From: Terriglobia bacterium
Lineage (GTDB): Bacteria > Acidobacteriota > Terriglobia > 20CM-2-55-15
Direction: 5' to 3'
Assembly (NCBI GenBank): GCA_965198225.1
Contig: CBDAOY010000005.1
Span: 416,001 to 480,000, forward strand
DNA: 64,000 nucleotides
The position numbers and the translations under genes are program-made. The stretch's first letter is position 1. Each line of letters starts with the position of its first letter. Below the pieces are notes generated by a model. It searched no databases. It had not been told where the DNA came from and saw only the letters and a list, made by a program, of their open reading frames with translations. This document shows, one piece after another, positions 48,363 to 58,332 of this stretch.

Positions 48363-49894
48363 GACGCATTGGTATTGACGTGGGCGGCACGAACACGGAT
48401 GCCGTGCTGCTAGAAGGGGACACCCTTATTTCGGCGATCAAGACTCCCACCACGCCCGCCGTTACCGATGGGATCGCCACCGCACTCGAGCAACTGGTTT
48501 CCTCGACAGGCGGAGGGTTCGGAGACGTTGACGCGGTGGTGCTCGGCACAACCCATTTCACGAACGCCGTTGTCCAACGGCGGGACCTGACCAGGGTGGC
48601 TGCGATACGAATCGGACTTCCCGCAAGCGCGTCGCTTGTCCCGTTCATCGACTGGCCCGCAGACCTCGCCGATATCGTCCGAGGCGGCGTATTCCTCGTT
48701 CAAGGGGGGCATGAATACGACGGTCGGGAGATTGTGCCGTTCGATGAAACGACCATGCGCGAGGTTGCGGTCCGTGTCCAGGACGGCGGGTGGAAGGCGG
48801 CAGCGATATCGAGTGTCTTCTCGCCGCTGACTGCCGAACACGAATCCCGTGCCGCCGACATTCTTCGCTCTGTCTGTTCGAACGTGGAGGTGACGTTGTC
48901 TCACCAACTGGGCCGGATCGGTCTGCTGGAGCGTGAGAACGCCGCTCTGCTGAATGCAGGCACGATCGATCTGGCGCGACGTACCACGCGTAGTTTACGA
49001 GATGCTCTCGAGGGCAGCGGAATTCGTGCCCCACTCTTCCTAACTCAGAACGACGGCACGCTTGCCAACGCCGACGCTGCTTCGGCGTTTCCGGTTTACA
49101 ATTTTGCGTCAGGACCGACGAACAGCATGCGTGGCGCAGCCTTCCTCTCCGACATGGATGACGCAATTGTGATCGATGTGGGGGGGACCACGACCGATAT
49201 CGGCTGTTTGCGCGCAGGTTTTCCCCGGGAGGCGAACAATGTCGTGGAAGTCGGCGGCGTCCGCACGCTATTCCGCATGCCGGATCTGTTATCGATCGGT
49301 CTGGGTGGGGGATCGGTGATCGAGAGGGACGGAAGGACGGTAGGACCGGTGAGTGTCGGTCACCGCATCACCGAGCAAGCGCGGATCTTCGGCGGGAACA
49401 CGCTCACTGCGAGCGATGTTGGGGTGGCGGCCGGGATGACCGCGTTCGGAGACCCGAGCCAGGTCGTGAACCTGAGCGGCGAGGTGGTGACGCGGTCGAT
49501 TGCCCTCATGGCCGACATGATCTCCGATGGCGTGGATCGTATGAGAACGGATGCACGGGCGGCGCCTCTGATTGCGGTCGGCGGTGGCGCGTTTCTCGTG
49601 CCCGACCGAATACCGGGTGTTTCAGAAGTGATACGTGTCGAACATCACACGGTGGCAAATGCGATCGGGGCGGCGATCGCGCAGGTGAGCGGTGAGACAG
49701 ATCGCGTGTTTCACGGAATTGGCCGCGACGCGGCCATCGAGGAGGCGACCACCCTCGCCGAACAGGATGCGGTGGACGCCGGTGCCGCTCGCCAAACCCT
49801 GAAGGTGGTCGACGTGGAGGATCTTCCCATCTCGTACCTGCCGGGTGATGCTCGTCGGGTACGCGTGCGTGTAATCGGTGATATCGGGCGTTGA
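48359..49894 (+). CDS. Hydantoinase/oxoprolinase A-type protein (short form, DUF917-associated)
   Basis: GIDVGGTNTDA, GTTHFTNA, SGPTNSMRGA, DVGGTTTD, ANAIGAA; ATGA overlap with DUF917. Confidence 0.88.
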   Translation: MRRIGIDVGGTNTDAVLLEGDTLISAIKTPTTPAVTDGIATALEQLVSSTGGGFGDVDAVVLGTTHFTNAVVQRRDLTRVAAIRIGLPASASLVPFIDWPADLADIVRGGVFLVQGGHEYDGREIVPFDETTMREVAVRVQDGGWKAAAISSVFSPLTAEHESRAADILRSVCSNVEVTLSHQLGRIGLLERENAALLNAGTIDLARRTTRSLRDALEGSGIRAPLFLTQNDGTLANADAASAFPVYNFASGPTNSMRGAAFLSDMDDAIVIDVGGTTTDIGCLRAGFPREANNVVEVGGVRTLFRMPDLLSIGLGGGSVIERDGRTVGPVSVGHRITEQARIFGGNTLTASDVGVAAGMTAFGDPSQVVNLSGEVVTRSIALMADMISDGVDRMRTDARAAPLIAVGGGAFLVPDRIPGVSEVIRVEHHTVANAIGAAIAQVSGETDRVFHGIGRDAAIEEATTLAEQDAVDAGAARQTLKVVDVEDLPISYLPGDARRVRVRVIGDIGR

Positions 49895-49908
49895 ACGCCC
49901 GTAAGGAT

Positions 49909-50164
49909 GTGCGGTCATAGACCGCCCCTACACTCGCTCGGGTGTAGGGGCGCTCTGTGAGCGCACATGTTTCGGCACGAAGGTGTGCGGTCATAGACCG
50001 CACCTACACTCGCTCAGGTGTAGGGGCGCTCTGTGAGCGCACATGTTTCGGCACGAAGGTGTGCGGTCATAGACCGCACCTACACTCGCTCAGGTGTAAG
50101 GGCGCTCTGTGAGCGCACATTCCTGCCACAATGCGACCCTGTGCGGTCATAGACCGCACCTACA
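49909..50164. repeat. Tandem array of alternating REP A/B palindromes (76-bp period)
   Basis: Units start at 49909, 49985, 50061 and 50141; 4 A and 3 B palindromes with near-identical linkers. Confidence 0.92.
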
Positions 50165-50187
50165 GTTTGAGACTGCGAGGTCCGATT

Positions 50188-51945
50188 ATGAGTACTCCGT
50201 TGTTTCCTTCCGAGATCGATCCGGTGCGATTCGAGGTCATTCGCAATGCTCTGCTCGCGATCACCGAGGAGATGGGCGCAACATTGCGGCGGGCTGCGTA
50301 TTCGACCAATATCAAAACACGTGCGGATTTTTCCTGCGCCTTCTTCGATCGCGATCTCCGCACCATCGCCCAGGCCTTTGCGCAGCCCTCGCATCTCGGG
50401 TCGCTGGCGCATATTGTGCCGCATGCTGTGCGGGAATACGGCGCCGACCGGCTGCGCCCCGGTGACGGCATCTTGATCAACGACCCCTACCTGGGGGGCG
50501 TGCACCTCAACGACATCACGCTGATCACGCCCGTCTTCGATCAGCAAGCCCTATTCGGCTACGTGGCCAATATCGCGCACCACGTCGATGTCGGTGGCGG
50601 GGCGCCGGGCAGTATCGGCATGTCCGAAGAGATCTACCAGGAGGGTATGGTCATCCCGCCGGTACGGTTCGTCAAAGCCGGTGAAATCGACCGCGATCTC
50701 TTCGCCATGATCCGATCCAATTTCCGCGGCACACGCGAAATTTCGGGTGACTTTCGAGCCCAGACTGCAGCCAATCGCCTGGGGGTCCAGCGCCTGACGG
50801 CTCTATTCGACAAGTATGGCGCAGCGAACCTCGAGCGGTATTCGGACGAAATGCTGCAGTACACCGAACGCCGGGCGGCGGGCGCGTTCGAACAGTTTCC
50901 AAACGGAACGTTCTCGGCCGAATCGTTCATGGACGGCGACGGGGTCGGGGACGAACCTATCAAGCTCGCAGCCACGGTACGAATCGAAGACGGCAACGTC
51001 CAGGTCGACCTGACTGGCTGTGACGACCAACGCCCGTCGCCGACGAACGCCACACACGCTCAAACGTATTCGGGCGTTGTCTACGTCCTCAAGTGCCTCA
51101 TCGATCCCGATATCACCGTTAACGATGGCTTCTATCGCCTGGTCGACATGCGCACCCGCCCCGGGAGTGTCGTGGCCGCACGGCACCCCGCCGCGGTCGC
51201 TGCGGGGTGGGAAGTCGCCATGCAAGTGTGCGATTTGCTCTTTAGAGCACTCGCCGACCCCCTACCGGATCGGGTCCTGGCCGGCACCAAGGGGTGTATT
51301 TGCAACATCGCCTTCGGTGGTATCAACTCGGCGACGGACGAGTACTTTACTTACTACGAAACCATCGCCGGCGGCTACGGCGCTACATTGCGCAACGACG
51401 GCATGGACGCAGTACAGGCCCACTTTCAGAACACTGAAAACGCGCCGGTGGAAGAGACTGAAACGAACTACCCGGTGCGAATTCTCCGGCATGAGCTGAT
51501 CGAGGATTCCGAAGGCCCCGGACGGTACCGGGGCGGGCTGGGCGTCCGGCGGGATTATTCATTTCCAGGTCACACACCCAGTTTTTCGATTCTTTCCGAC
51601 AAGTCGATCTATGCGCCGTGGGGATTGTTCGGTGGCGGGCCGTCGCGGGCCGCTCACTATATCCTCAACCCGGACTCGGAGCCACGCATCTTGCCCTCGA
51701 AGATCACGCTACGCCTAGAGCCTGGCGATATCGTCAGCGTCCAAACTCCGGGGGGTGGCGGATGCGAACCTGCCTGGCGACGCCCCCCCCAGGACGCGGC
51801 GGCGGACGTCGCCCTGGGCAAGATTTCGGCCAACCGCGCGCGGGAGATCTATGGCGTCGTCATCGACCCGACGACCGGTAGCGTAGACGAGACGGCAACG
51901 AGCATTGAGCGTGCCCTCCTGTCCGGAAGTGATGGCTCGTCATGA
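50188..51945 (+). CDS. Hydantoinase B/oxoprolinase family protein
   Basis: DPVRFEVIRN, NDPYLGGVHLND, HHVDVGG, EIYQEG, TPGGGG. Confidence 0.92.
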   Translation: MSTPLFPSEIDPVRFEVIRNALLAITEEMGATLRRAAYSTNIKTRADFSCAFFDRDLRTIAQAFAQPSHLGSLAHIVPHAVREYGADRLRPGDGILINDPYLGGVHLNDITLITPVFDQQALFGYVANIAHHVDVGGGAPGSIGMSEEIYQEGMVIPPVRFVKAGEIDRDLFAMIRSNFRGTREISGDFRAQTAANRLGVQRLTALFDKYGAANLERYSDEMLQYTERRAAGAFEQFPNGTFSAESFMDGDGVGDEPIKLAATVRIEDGNVQVDLTGCDDQRPSPTNATHAQTYSGVVYVLKCLIDPDITVNDGFYRLVDMRTRPGSVVAARHPAAVAAGWEVAMQVCDLLFRALADPLPDRVLAGTKGCICNIAFGGINSATDEYFTYYETIAGGYGATLRNDGMDAVQAHFQNTENAPVEETETNYPVRILRHELIEDSEGPGRYRGGLGVRRDYSFPGHTPSFSILSDKSIYAPWGLFGGGPSRAAHYILNPDSEPRILPSKITLRLEPGDIVSVQTPGGGGCEPAWRRPPQDAAADVALGKISANRAREIYGVVIDPTTGSVDETATSIERALLSGSDGSS

Positions 51946-54035
51946 GGTCGTACCGTCTCGGCATCGATATCGGCGGAACGTTTACCGACGCCGCTCTGGT
52001 CGATGAGGCCGGCGCCGTCAAGATCGTCAAGGTTCCCAGTACGCCCGGCGATCCCGCTCGAGGATTCATGGCGGCAGTGGAGCGGGCACTGCACCCGGAC
52101 GCCACAGGCGAGGCCATTCGCCTCCTCGTCCATGCGACCACGGTGGCCACCAATGCGCTGATTGAAGGAAAAACCGCACGCCTTGGCATGATCACGACCC
52201 GGGGGTTTCGCGACATTCTCGAGATCGGCCGCCAGATCCGATCGCGTCTCTACGACGTCCATCTCACCAAACGTCGCCCCCTGGTGTCGCGGCGCTGGAG
52301 CTTTGGCGTACCGGAACGGCTGGATGCGAACGGTCGAGTGCTCGAGCCGCTCGATGAAGAAGCTGTCCGCCAGGCAGCACGCCAGCTCAAGCAGGAAGGC
52401 GTCGAGGTCGTCGTCTGCTGTCTACTCCACTCCTACATTAATCCGACGCACGAGCACCGCGTTGCCGCCATTGTGCGGGAGGAATATCCGGAAGCGTTTT
52501 TATCGGTCTCCGCCGATGTCTGTCCGGAGTTTCGAGAGTACCTCCGCGCCAGCACCTCGGCGGTGAACGGAGCCATCATGCCGCTGGTCTCAAACTATCT
52601 CTCCGCTCTCGAATCCCAAGTGCAGAGTCGGGGGATCACCGCGCCGTTCTACGTGATGCAGTCCAGTGGCGGCGTGATGAGCGTGCCTGCTGCCAAGGAG
52701 AAACCCGTCTACATGGTCGAGTCCGGACCCGCCGCCGGTGTCATCGCTGCCGGGGCGTTTGCCCAGCCGCACGACTATCAACAGGTGATCTCTTTTGATA
52801 TGGGCGGCACAACCGCCAAAGTCGGACTCATTCAGGACGGACAACCCCGATTATCGACCGAATTCGAAGTGGGCGGGCAGGCCATCACGCCGATGGGAGA
52901 AGGACGCGCCAGTGGTTACCCGGTTCGCACGCCCGTCATCGATCTGGTTGAAGTCGGCGCGGGCGGTGGCAGCGAAGCCTGGATCGACGGCGGCGGCGCC
53001 CTGCGGGTTGGGCCTCAAAGCGCCGGGGCTTCGCCCGGACCCGCCTGTTACGGCCAGGGAGGCACGACTCCCACCATCACCGATGCAAATCTTGTCCTGG
53101 GACGTCTCAACCCGGCCTTCTTTCTGGGCGGCGAAATCGCGCTGGCTATCGATGCGAGCCGTCAGGCGATTCTCAGCCAGTGTGCCACCCCACTCGGCCT
53201 CGACCTGTTGCAGGCGGCCCACGGTATCATCGAGATCGCCAACGCCCACATGATCGGCGCCATGCGCCTGATCTCGGTTCAAAGGGGCTACGATCCCCGC
53301 GATTTCGTTCTCGTGGCATTCGGCGGCGCCGGCCCGTTGCACGCCAATGCAGTGGCTCGCGAGCTCGATATTCCCACAGTGCTGGTCCCACCGAGTCCGG
53401 GTATTGCCTCGGCACTGGGAATGCTCATGACCGACATCAAGCACGAATTCGTTGCGACTCGCCGGGAACGCCTCTCCGACCTGGAACCCGATGAGCTGGA
53501 GTCGCTGTTCGCCGACTTCGTCGAACAAGGCGCCGCGCTGCTCGAGCGCGAAGGCGTGCCGACACCGAGCCAACGGATGCTGCGCAGTGTCGACCTGCGG
53601 TACCGGGGGCAATCGCATGAACTGCCAATCTCCGTGTCATCGGGATCCCTGACCCGGGAGCACCTGACCCGGTTGCGGACACACTTTGACGAGGCCCACG
53701 AACGCGCATACGGCTACGCCGCCCCGGAAGATGACATCGAAGTGGTGAACGTCCGCCTCACCGCTCTGGGTGTCAGTCCCAAGCCCGAGTTAAAGGCACG
53801 CCCCGAGGGAACCGGCGATGTCACGGGCGCTGTCAAGGGACACCGGCTGGTGTGGTTCAGCGAAACCGATGATTTCATCGACTGTTCGATTCTCGACCGT
53901 TTGCGCCTGTCGAGCGGAGACCTCGTCACCGGCCCGGCAGTGATCGAGGAGCTTGATTCGACAACGCTCATCCATCCCGACTACCAGGCTCGTGTCGATC
54001 GCTACGGAAATCTGCTGCTGGGTTCGACGGGCTAG
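51942..54035 (+). CDS. Hydantoinase A/oxoprolinase family protein (ATP-binding subunit)
   Basis: GIDIGGTFTD, ESGPAAG, DMGGTT, GAGGGS, PGPACYG, FGGAGPLH. Confidence 0.92.
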   Translation: MRSYRLGIDIGGTFTDAALVDEAGAVKIVKVPSTPGDPARGFMAAVERALHPDATGEAIRLLVHATTVATNALIEGKTARLGMITTRGFRDILEIGRQIRSRLYDVHLTKRRPLVSRRWSFGVPERLDANGRVLEPLDEEAVRQAARQLKQEGVEVVVCCLLHSYINPTHEHRVAAIVREEYPEAFLSVSADVCPEFREYLRASTSAVNGAIMPLVSNYLSALESQVQSRGITAPFYVMQSSGGVMSVPAAKEKPVYMVESGPAAGVIAAGAFAQPHDYQQVISFDMGGTTAKVGLIQDGQPRLSTEFEVGGQAITPMGEGRASGYPVRTPVIDLVEVGAGGGSEAWIDGGGALRVGPQSAGASPGPACYGQGGTTPTITDANLVLGRLNPAFFLGGEIALAIDASRQAILSQCATPLGLDLLQAAHGIIEIANAHMIGAMRLISVQRGYDPRDFVLVAFGGAGPLHANAVARELDIPTVLVPPSPGIASALGMLMTDIKHEFVATRRERLSDLEPDELESLFADFVEQGAALLEREGVPTPSQRMLRSVDLRYRGQSHELPISVSSGSLTREHLTRLRTHFDEAHERAYGYAAPEDDIEVVNVRLTALGVSPKPELKARPEGTGDVTGAVKGHRLVWFSETDDFIDCSILDRLRLSSGDLVTGPAVIEELDSTTLIHPDYQARVDRYGNLLLGSTG

Positions 54036-54306
54036 TGACCTGTAACAGTGCTATCGGTACCAGCGTTCGGCGGAACGGCGTCGGATTCTAGGAGTGACGC
54101 CCGAGCCAATGCTGTTTCATTGCGAGGGCGTTACGACACCGAAGACGGCGCCGTTGGGCCGAACCCTTCGGGCCGATGGGGGTTGCGGGCGATCTCTTTG
54201 TCGGAAGCCGTCACCGATGAATGAGCATCGCTTTCCGTCTCCCTCCGCGACCTCGCCCGCAAGACCCATCGGCGATGGTACCGATAGCATTGTTACAGGC
54301 CACTAG
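54032..54306. mobile_element. 275-bp MITE-like element with 31-bp terminal inverted repeats
   Basis: Left ctagtgacctgtaacagtgctatcggtacca, right tggtaccgatagcattgttacaggccactag (2 mismatches); CTAG at both ends; no transposase. Confidence 0.8.
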
Positions 54307-54448
54307 AAACAGCAGTCGGGTCCAGAAGCCCTGACGAGGATGGTCGAATGGGACGAAAAACCGGTCCCCGGAACATCATCGCCTGTCTGCGATGCGCCCG
54401 GCCGGAAGGAGTGTATACTCGATTCCTCACTTGACGGGAGCATCAGAC

Positions 54449-55180
54449 ATGGGGAAATCCGAAGAAGGCGGGGTCGGCCGCCGCAAGTTCCTCAAGGGTG
54501 CCGCCGTGACCGCCGCGGCCATCGCCGGACAAGGGCAGGTGGACGGCGCAGAACAACCCTCCGCCGAGAAACATGAACACCAGGCCGTGCCGTCAGACCT
54601 CGCGCTGCGGGTCAAGGCGCTCGAATCGGTGCTCGTCGAAAAAGAGATGGTCGACCCTGCTGAGCTCGATGCGGTTGTCGACAGATACGAGAACAGGGTC
54701 GGTCCCCGCAACGGCGCCCGGGTCGTCGCGCGCGCCTGGGTCGATCCTGCCTACAGGGCGCGCCTGCTTGCCGAGGCCACCGAGGCGATCGCAGAACTCG
54801 GGTACGGCGGGGGCCAGGGCGAGCACATGGTGGTGGTCGAGAACGAACCGAAGGTCCACAACCTCGTGGTGTGCACGCTCTGCTCCTGTTATCCCTGGCC
54901 GACGCTCGGCCTGCCGCCGGTGTGGTACAAGTCCGCTCCGTACCGCTCCCGCGCCGTGATCGATCCGCGCGGAGTGCTTCGCGAGTTCGGGCTCGAGCTG
55001 GGGGAAGACGTCGAGATACGTGTCTGGGACAGCACGGCCGAGATCCGTTACCTCGTGCTGCCGGAACGGCCGGACGGTACGGGGAACATGACCGAGGAAG
55101 AGCTTGCCGAAATCGTCACGCGCGACTCGATGATTGGCGTCGCGACCGTCCCGTCGCCGGAAGCGGGAGGCGGCGCATGA
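54449..55180 (+). CDS. nthA: Cobalt-type nitrile hydratase alpha subunit with N-terminal Tat-like signal
   Basis: VCTLCSCY (Co-type motif), [29 protein letters not shown]; N-terminal [18 protein letters not shown]. Confidence 0.93.
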   Translation: MGKSEEGGVGRRKFLKGAAVTAAAIAGQGQVDGAEQPSAEKHEHQAVPSDLALRVKALESVLVEKEMVDPAELDAVVDRYENRVGPRNGARVVARAWVDPAYRARLLAEATEAIAELGYGGGQGEHMVVVENEPKVHNLVVCTLCSCYPWPTLGLPPVWYKSAPYRSRAVIDPRGVLREFGLELGEDVEIRVWDSTAEIRYLVLPERPDGTGNMTEEELAEIVTRDSMIGVATVPSPEAGGGA

Positions 55181-55833
55181 ACAGCGTGCACGATATGGGT
55201 GGGATGGACGGCATGGGCCCCATCGAGCCGGAGCCGAACGAGCCTGTGTTTCACGAGCCGTGGGAAGGCCGGGTCTTCGCGCTCACTCTCGGGCTCGGTC
55301 CGTGGGGCCGGGGCCGCAACTGGAGGAGCTTTCGGTTCGAGCTCGAAAGCATCCCGGCTGCCGACTACCTGCGCATGTCCTACTACGAGCGCTGGTTCAC
55401 GGCGCTGCTGGTCAACCGGCTGATCGAGAGCAACCTCGTCACGCCCGCCGAGCTCGAAAGCGGTGAGGCCGACCCCGATCTGCCGCCACCGTCACTGCTC
55501 CCGGCGGCGGGAGGTGCGTCCCCAGGGTCCGGGCGTGGGGACCCTCCGGTGAGCCCGCAGTTTCGCCCGGAGCAGCAGGTTCGCGCGCGCAACCTGCACC
55601 CGCGAGGCCACATACGACTGGCACGCTACACCCGCGGCAAGCGCGGTACCGTGGTGCGCGACCACGGCGTCTTCGCCCTGCAGGACACCGACCCGAATGG
55701 GCAGACGCTCCGGGGTCGGCCGCAGCACGTGTATACCGTACGCTTCACCGCGGTCGAGCTTTGGGGCGATCGAGCCTCCGCTCGCGACACGGTATTTGTC
55801 GACCTGTGGGAGGACTACCTTGAGCCCGCCTGA
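55177..55833 (+). CDS. nthB: Nitrile hydratase beta subunit
   Basis: [47 protein letters not shown]; ATGA overlap with the alpha gene. Confidence 0.93.
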   Translation: MNSVHDMGGMDGMGPIEPEPNEPVFHEPWEGRVFALTLGLGPWGRGRNWRSFRFELESIPAADYLRMSYYERWFTALLVNRLIESNLVTPAELESGEADPDLPPPSLLPAAGGASPGSGRGDPPVSPQFRPEQQVRARNLHPRGHIRLARYTRGKRGTVVRDHGVFALQDTDPNGQTLRGRPQHVYTVRFTAVELWGDRASARDTVFVDLWEDYLEPA

Positions 55834-56200
55834 TCGACAGGTCGAGGCGGAGCGGCTCGGTGCGCTGCCACCGCTGCCTCGCGATGAGGAAGGACCGGTG
55901 TTTGCCGAACCATGGCAAGCACAGGCTTTCGCGCTGGCGGTCAAGTTGTCCGAGCAGGGACACTTCACCTGGAAGGAGTGGGCGGGCGCGCTCGCCGACG
56001 AGCTCAAAGCGGCCGAGGCCCGCGGCGAACCGGACGATGGCTCGCAGTACTACCACCACTGGGTGGCTGCCCTCGAGCGACTCGTGACGGCAAAAGGCTT
56101 GAGTGATTCTCCGGCGCTGCTGGCGCGTAAGGAAGCCTGGGCCGACGCATACCGGCACACGCCTCACGGAAAACCCGTAGTGCTCCCTCCCTCGGACTGA
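55820..56200 (+). CDS. Nitrile hydratase accessory/activator protein (P14K/NhlE-like)
   Basis: PVFAEPWQAQAFALAV...FTWKEW...YYHHWVAALE...TPHGKPV; GGAGG then TTG 55820. Confidence 0.88.
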   Translation: MSPPDRQVEAERLGALPPLPRDEEGPVFAEPWQAQAFALAVKLSEQGHFTWKEWAGALADELKAAEARGEPDDGSQYYHHWVAALERLVTAKGLSDSPALLARKEAWADAYRHTPHGKPVVLPPSD

Positions 56201-56246
56201 ATAGCAAAACTCTCCGGTTCTTCCACGAGCTTCCAAAAAATTTGAG

Positions 56247-56306
56247 ATGAAGCAATCTACAATCTGCAACTTGCAATGCGGATTGTTAGATATCTCAATT
56301 TGCGAT
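56247..56306. repeat. Copy of the AT-rich heptameric element also present at 11714-11775
   Basis: atgaagcaatctacaatctgcaacttgcaatgcggatt vs atgaaacaatctccaatgagcaacctgcaatgtggatt; both end caatttgcgat. Confidence 0.7.
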
Positions 56307-56447
56307 CAGCCGTACAAACGTCGCAGTTTCATTGACCCTCACCTCCTGGTTTTATATCCTCTCGTCAGCCCTACCGCACAAATAGTTCCGGCGCTCCTGG
56401 AGCGCGGCTACGACCGGACGGTTGGAGACTGAAGGAGAAAGACAGTC

Positions 56448-57309
56448 ATGAGATTATCCAGATCGTTTCTGTTGGTTTTCGTTCTCGTCCTGATGTCGGG
56501 CACGACGATGTCGGCCCTGGCTCAGGAAGCGGACGCCCCCCGACCTATCGCAGCGCTGGACAGCGTCTGGACAGAGGAATTGACGTGGATGGAGATCCGC
56601 GATGCCCTTGCTTCCGGAAAGACGACCGCCCTCATCCTGACAGGTGGCGTCGAGGCCAACGGGCCGTACGTGCCCACGGGCAAGCACAATTACATTCTGG
56701 AAGCGACGGGCGAAGGCATCGCCCGCGGGCTGGGGAACGCGCTGGTCGTCCCGATTCTGCGGTACGAGCCCGGACAGCCGGCAGAGGCCAGTTCGCCAGG
56801 GACGGTTGTGCTTTCACCGGACACCTACAAGGCGGTCCTGAGCGACTTGGCGGTCAGTTTGAAGGCGCAGGGGTTCAAGAACATCGTCATGATGGGCGAC
56901 AGCGGGGGCAATCAGAGCCGGATGCAGGAAGTGGCCGAGACCTTGAGCGCCGCCTGGACCGGCGAATCGACGGCGATCCACTTCGTTCGCGAATACTACG
57001 CCACCAAGCGGATCATCGACGAACAAGTCTTTCCCGATATGGGTATCGTCCCGGAATCGGAGGGCATCCACGACAGCTACCGGATCAACTCGGTTCTGTT
57101 GTCGCAGGACCCCGTGAAAGTCCGGTTCGAGCAGCGGGTTGCCGCCGGCAAAGCCAGTATCGACGCTTCTTGGTAGGCACGGCATCAGCATCAACCCGCC
57201 CGCCAAGACGATCGAGATCGGGAAGCAGAACCTCGAGCTCCGCGTCCGTCACGCGGTTGAAGCCATCCAGAGGGCAATCAAGGCGAAAGGAACCGAGCAG
57301 CGAAACTAG
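56448..57309 (+). pseudogene. Secreted creatininase-family amidohydrolase interrupted by an apparent 16-nt insertion
   Basis: Signal peptide, EELTWMEI, GGVEANGP...GKHN, MGDSGGN, GIHD. The ORF stops at 57176, but a plausible C-terminus (GISINPPAKTIEIGKQ...) resumes at 57181-57309 in another frame. Confidence 0.65.
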
Positions 57310-57340
57310 TTTCTTCCCCGACGTCGACTCTTTCGCTCAG

Positions 57341-57461
57341 GTGTAGGTGCGCTCTGTGAGCGCACGTTCCACAGACTGCGACCATGTGCGGTCATAGACC
57401 GCACCTACACCTGCTAGACCAACATCTCTCGCTGAGGTGTAGGGGCGCTCTATGAGCGCAC
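57341..57461. repeat. GTAG-type REP cluster (B, inverted A, B)
   Basis: Palindromes at 57341-57365, 57386-57410 and 57437-57461; a degenerate A copy follows near 57482-57500. Confidence 0.85.
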
Positions 57462-57512
57462 ATTCCTGACTAAACAACTCTGTGTGGTAATAGACGGCGT
57501 GCGTGCGTGCCG

Positions 57513-58298
57513 TCAGTGGGTCATCGAATAGACGATCCAGTTAATTCCCATACGGAACGCATACCCGGCAAATCTGTTGGGATAGCACTCCACGTCGGCC
57601 CATTCCCAGGCGTCCCCTATGTCGGTATTGAAATTGATCACCATCATCGGGCGGCGAGCGTCATCGAAAATCGCCAGGGCATAGGGAACAAAGCCATCCC
57701 CTTGATGTGTCGGACCCCCACGGCAGCCATTTCCGACGTTCGGGACCTGCAGGATCTCGTCAATGTCGAAGAACGAGTGGAAGATCTGGTGCGACATCGG
57801 GATCTCCTCGGGTTCCTTGTCCGGGAAGATCTTTTTCAACTGATAGTAAAAGTTCTGCCACTGATACGTTCCCCAGAAATCGTCGATGACGAGAAAACCG
57901 CCACGCAGCATGTACTCGCGGAGACGCTCCGCTTCCTGCGGGCTGAGCTCCATACCCCTTCCGACTTCGAGCGCATAGATGAACGGATAGCTGAACAGAT
58001 TGGGATCCATGATGTCGATCGCAATATCCTTGTCGACAACGACCCGGACATTGGAGAGCCGGTCGATGGCAAAGATGAACTGCTTGTCGGCTTTCGGCCA
58101 GTCGACTGACCAACTACCGTATCCGCGCCCCCACCCCCGGAAGTTGCCCAGTCCTTCGCTGTAGATCAGCCGCGCAAAAACGAACTCCGAACCGTCTATT
58201 CCGCCGTAGCTGCCCAACGGTTGGGCGGGAAAGAACTGGAAGGCGAGCAGGGGCAGTGGGAGCAGCGCTACACCGACGATCTGTAACAGTCGCTTCAT
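57513..58298 (-). CDS. DUF4159 domain protein
   Basis: Signal peptide, FVFARLIY, WSVDWPKAD, LREYMLRGGFLVIDDFWG, NTDIGDAWE, ends YSMTH. Confidence 0.82.
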   Translation of the reverse strand: MKRLLQIVGVALLPLPLLAFQFFPAQPLGSYGGIDGSEFVFARLIYSEGLGNFRGWGRGYGSWSVDWPKADKQFIFAIDRLSNVRVVVDKDIAIDIMDPNLFSYPFIYALEVGRGMELSPQEAERLREYMLRGGFLVIDDFWGTYQWQNFYYQLKKIFPDKEPEEIPMSHQIFHSFFDIDEILQVPNVGNGCRGGPTHQGDGFVPYALAIFDDARRPMMVINFNTDIGDAWEWADVECYPNRFAGYAFRMGINWIVYSMTH

Positions 58299-58332
58299 CT
58301 CTATCCGCAAGCTATCACTAAATGTTCATTAA

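Noticed and set aside
49909-50164. Possible CRISPR array
   Set aside because: The spacers are themselves repeated and palindromic, the same units are dispersed as REPs elsewhere, and there are no cas genes.
54449-55833. Thiocyanate hydrolase instead of nitrile hydratase
   Set aside because: The beta subunit is one full-length chain rather than split in two, and an NHase-type activator follows. Substrate specificity remains untested.
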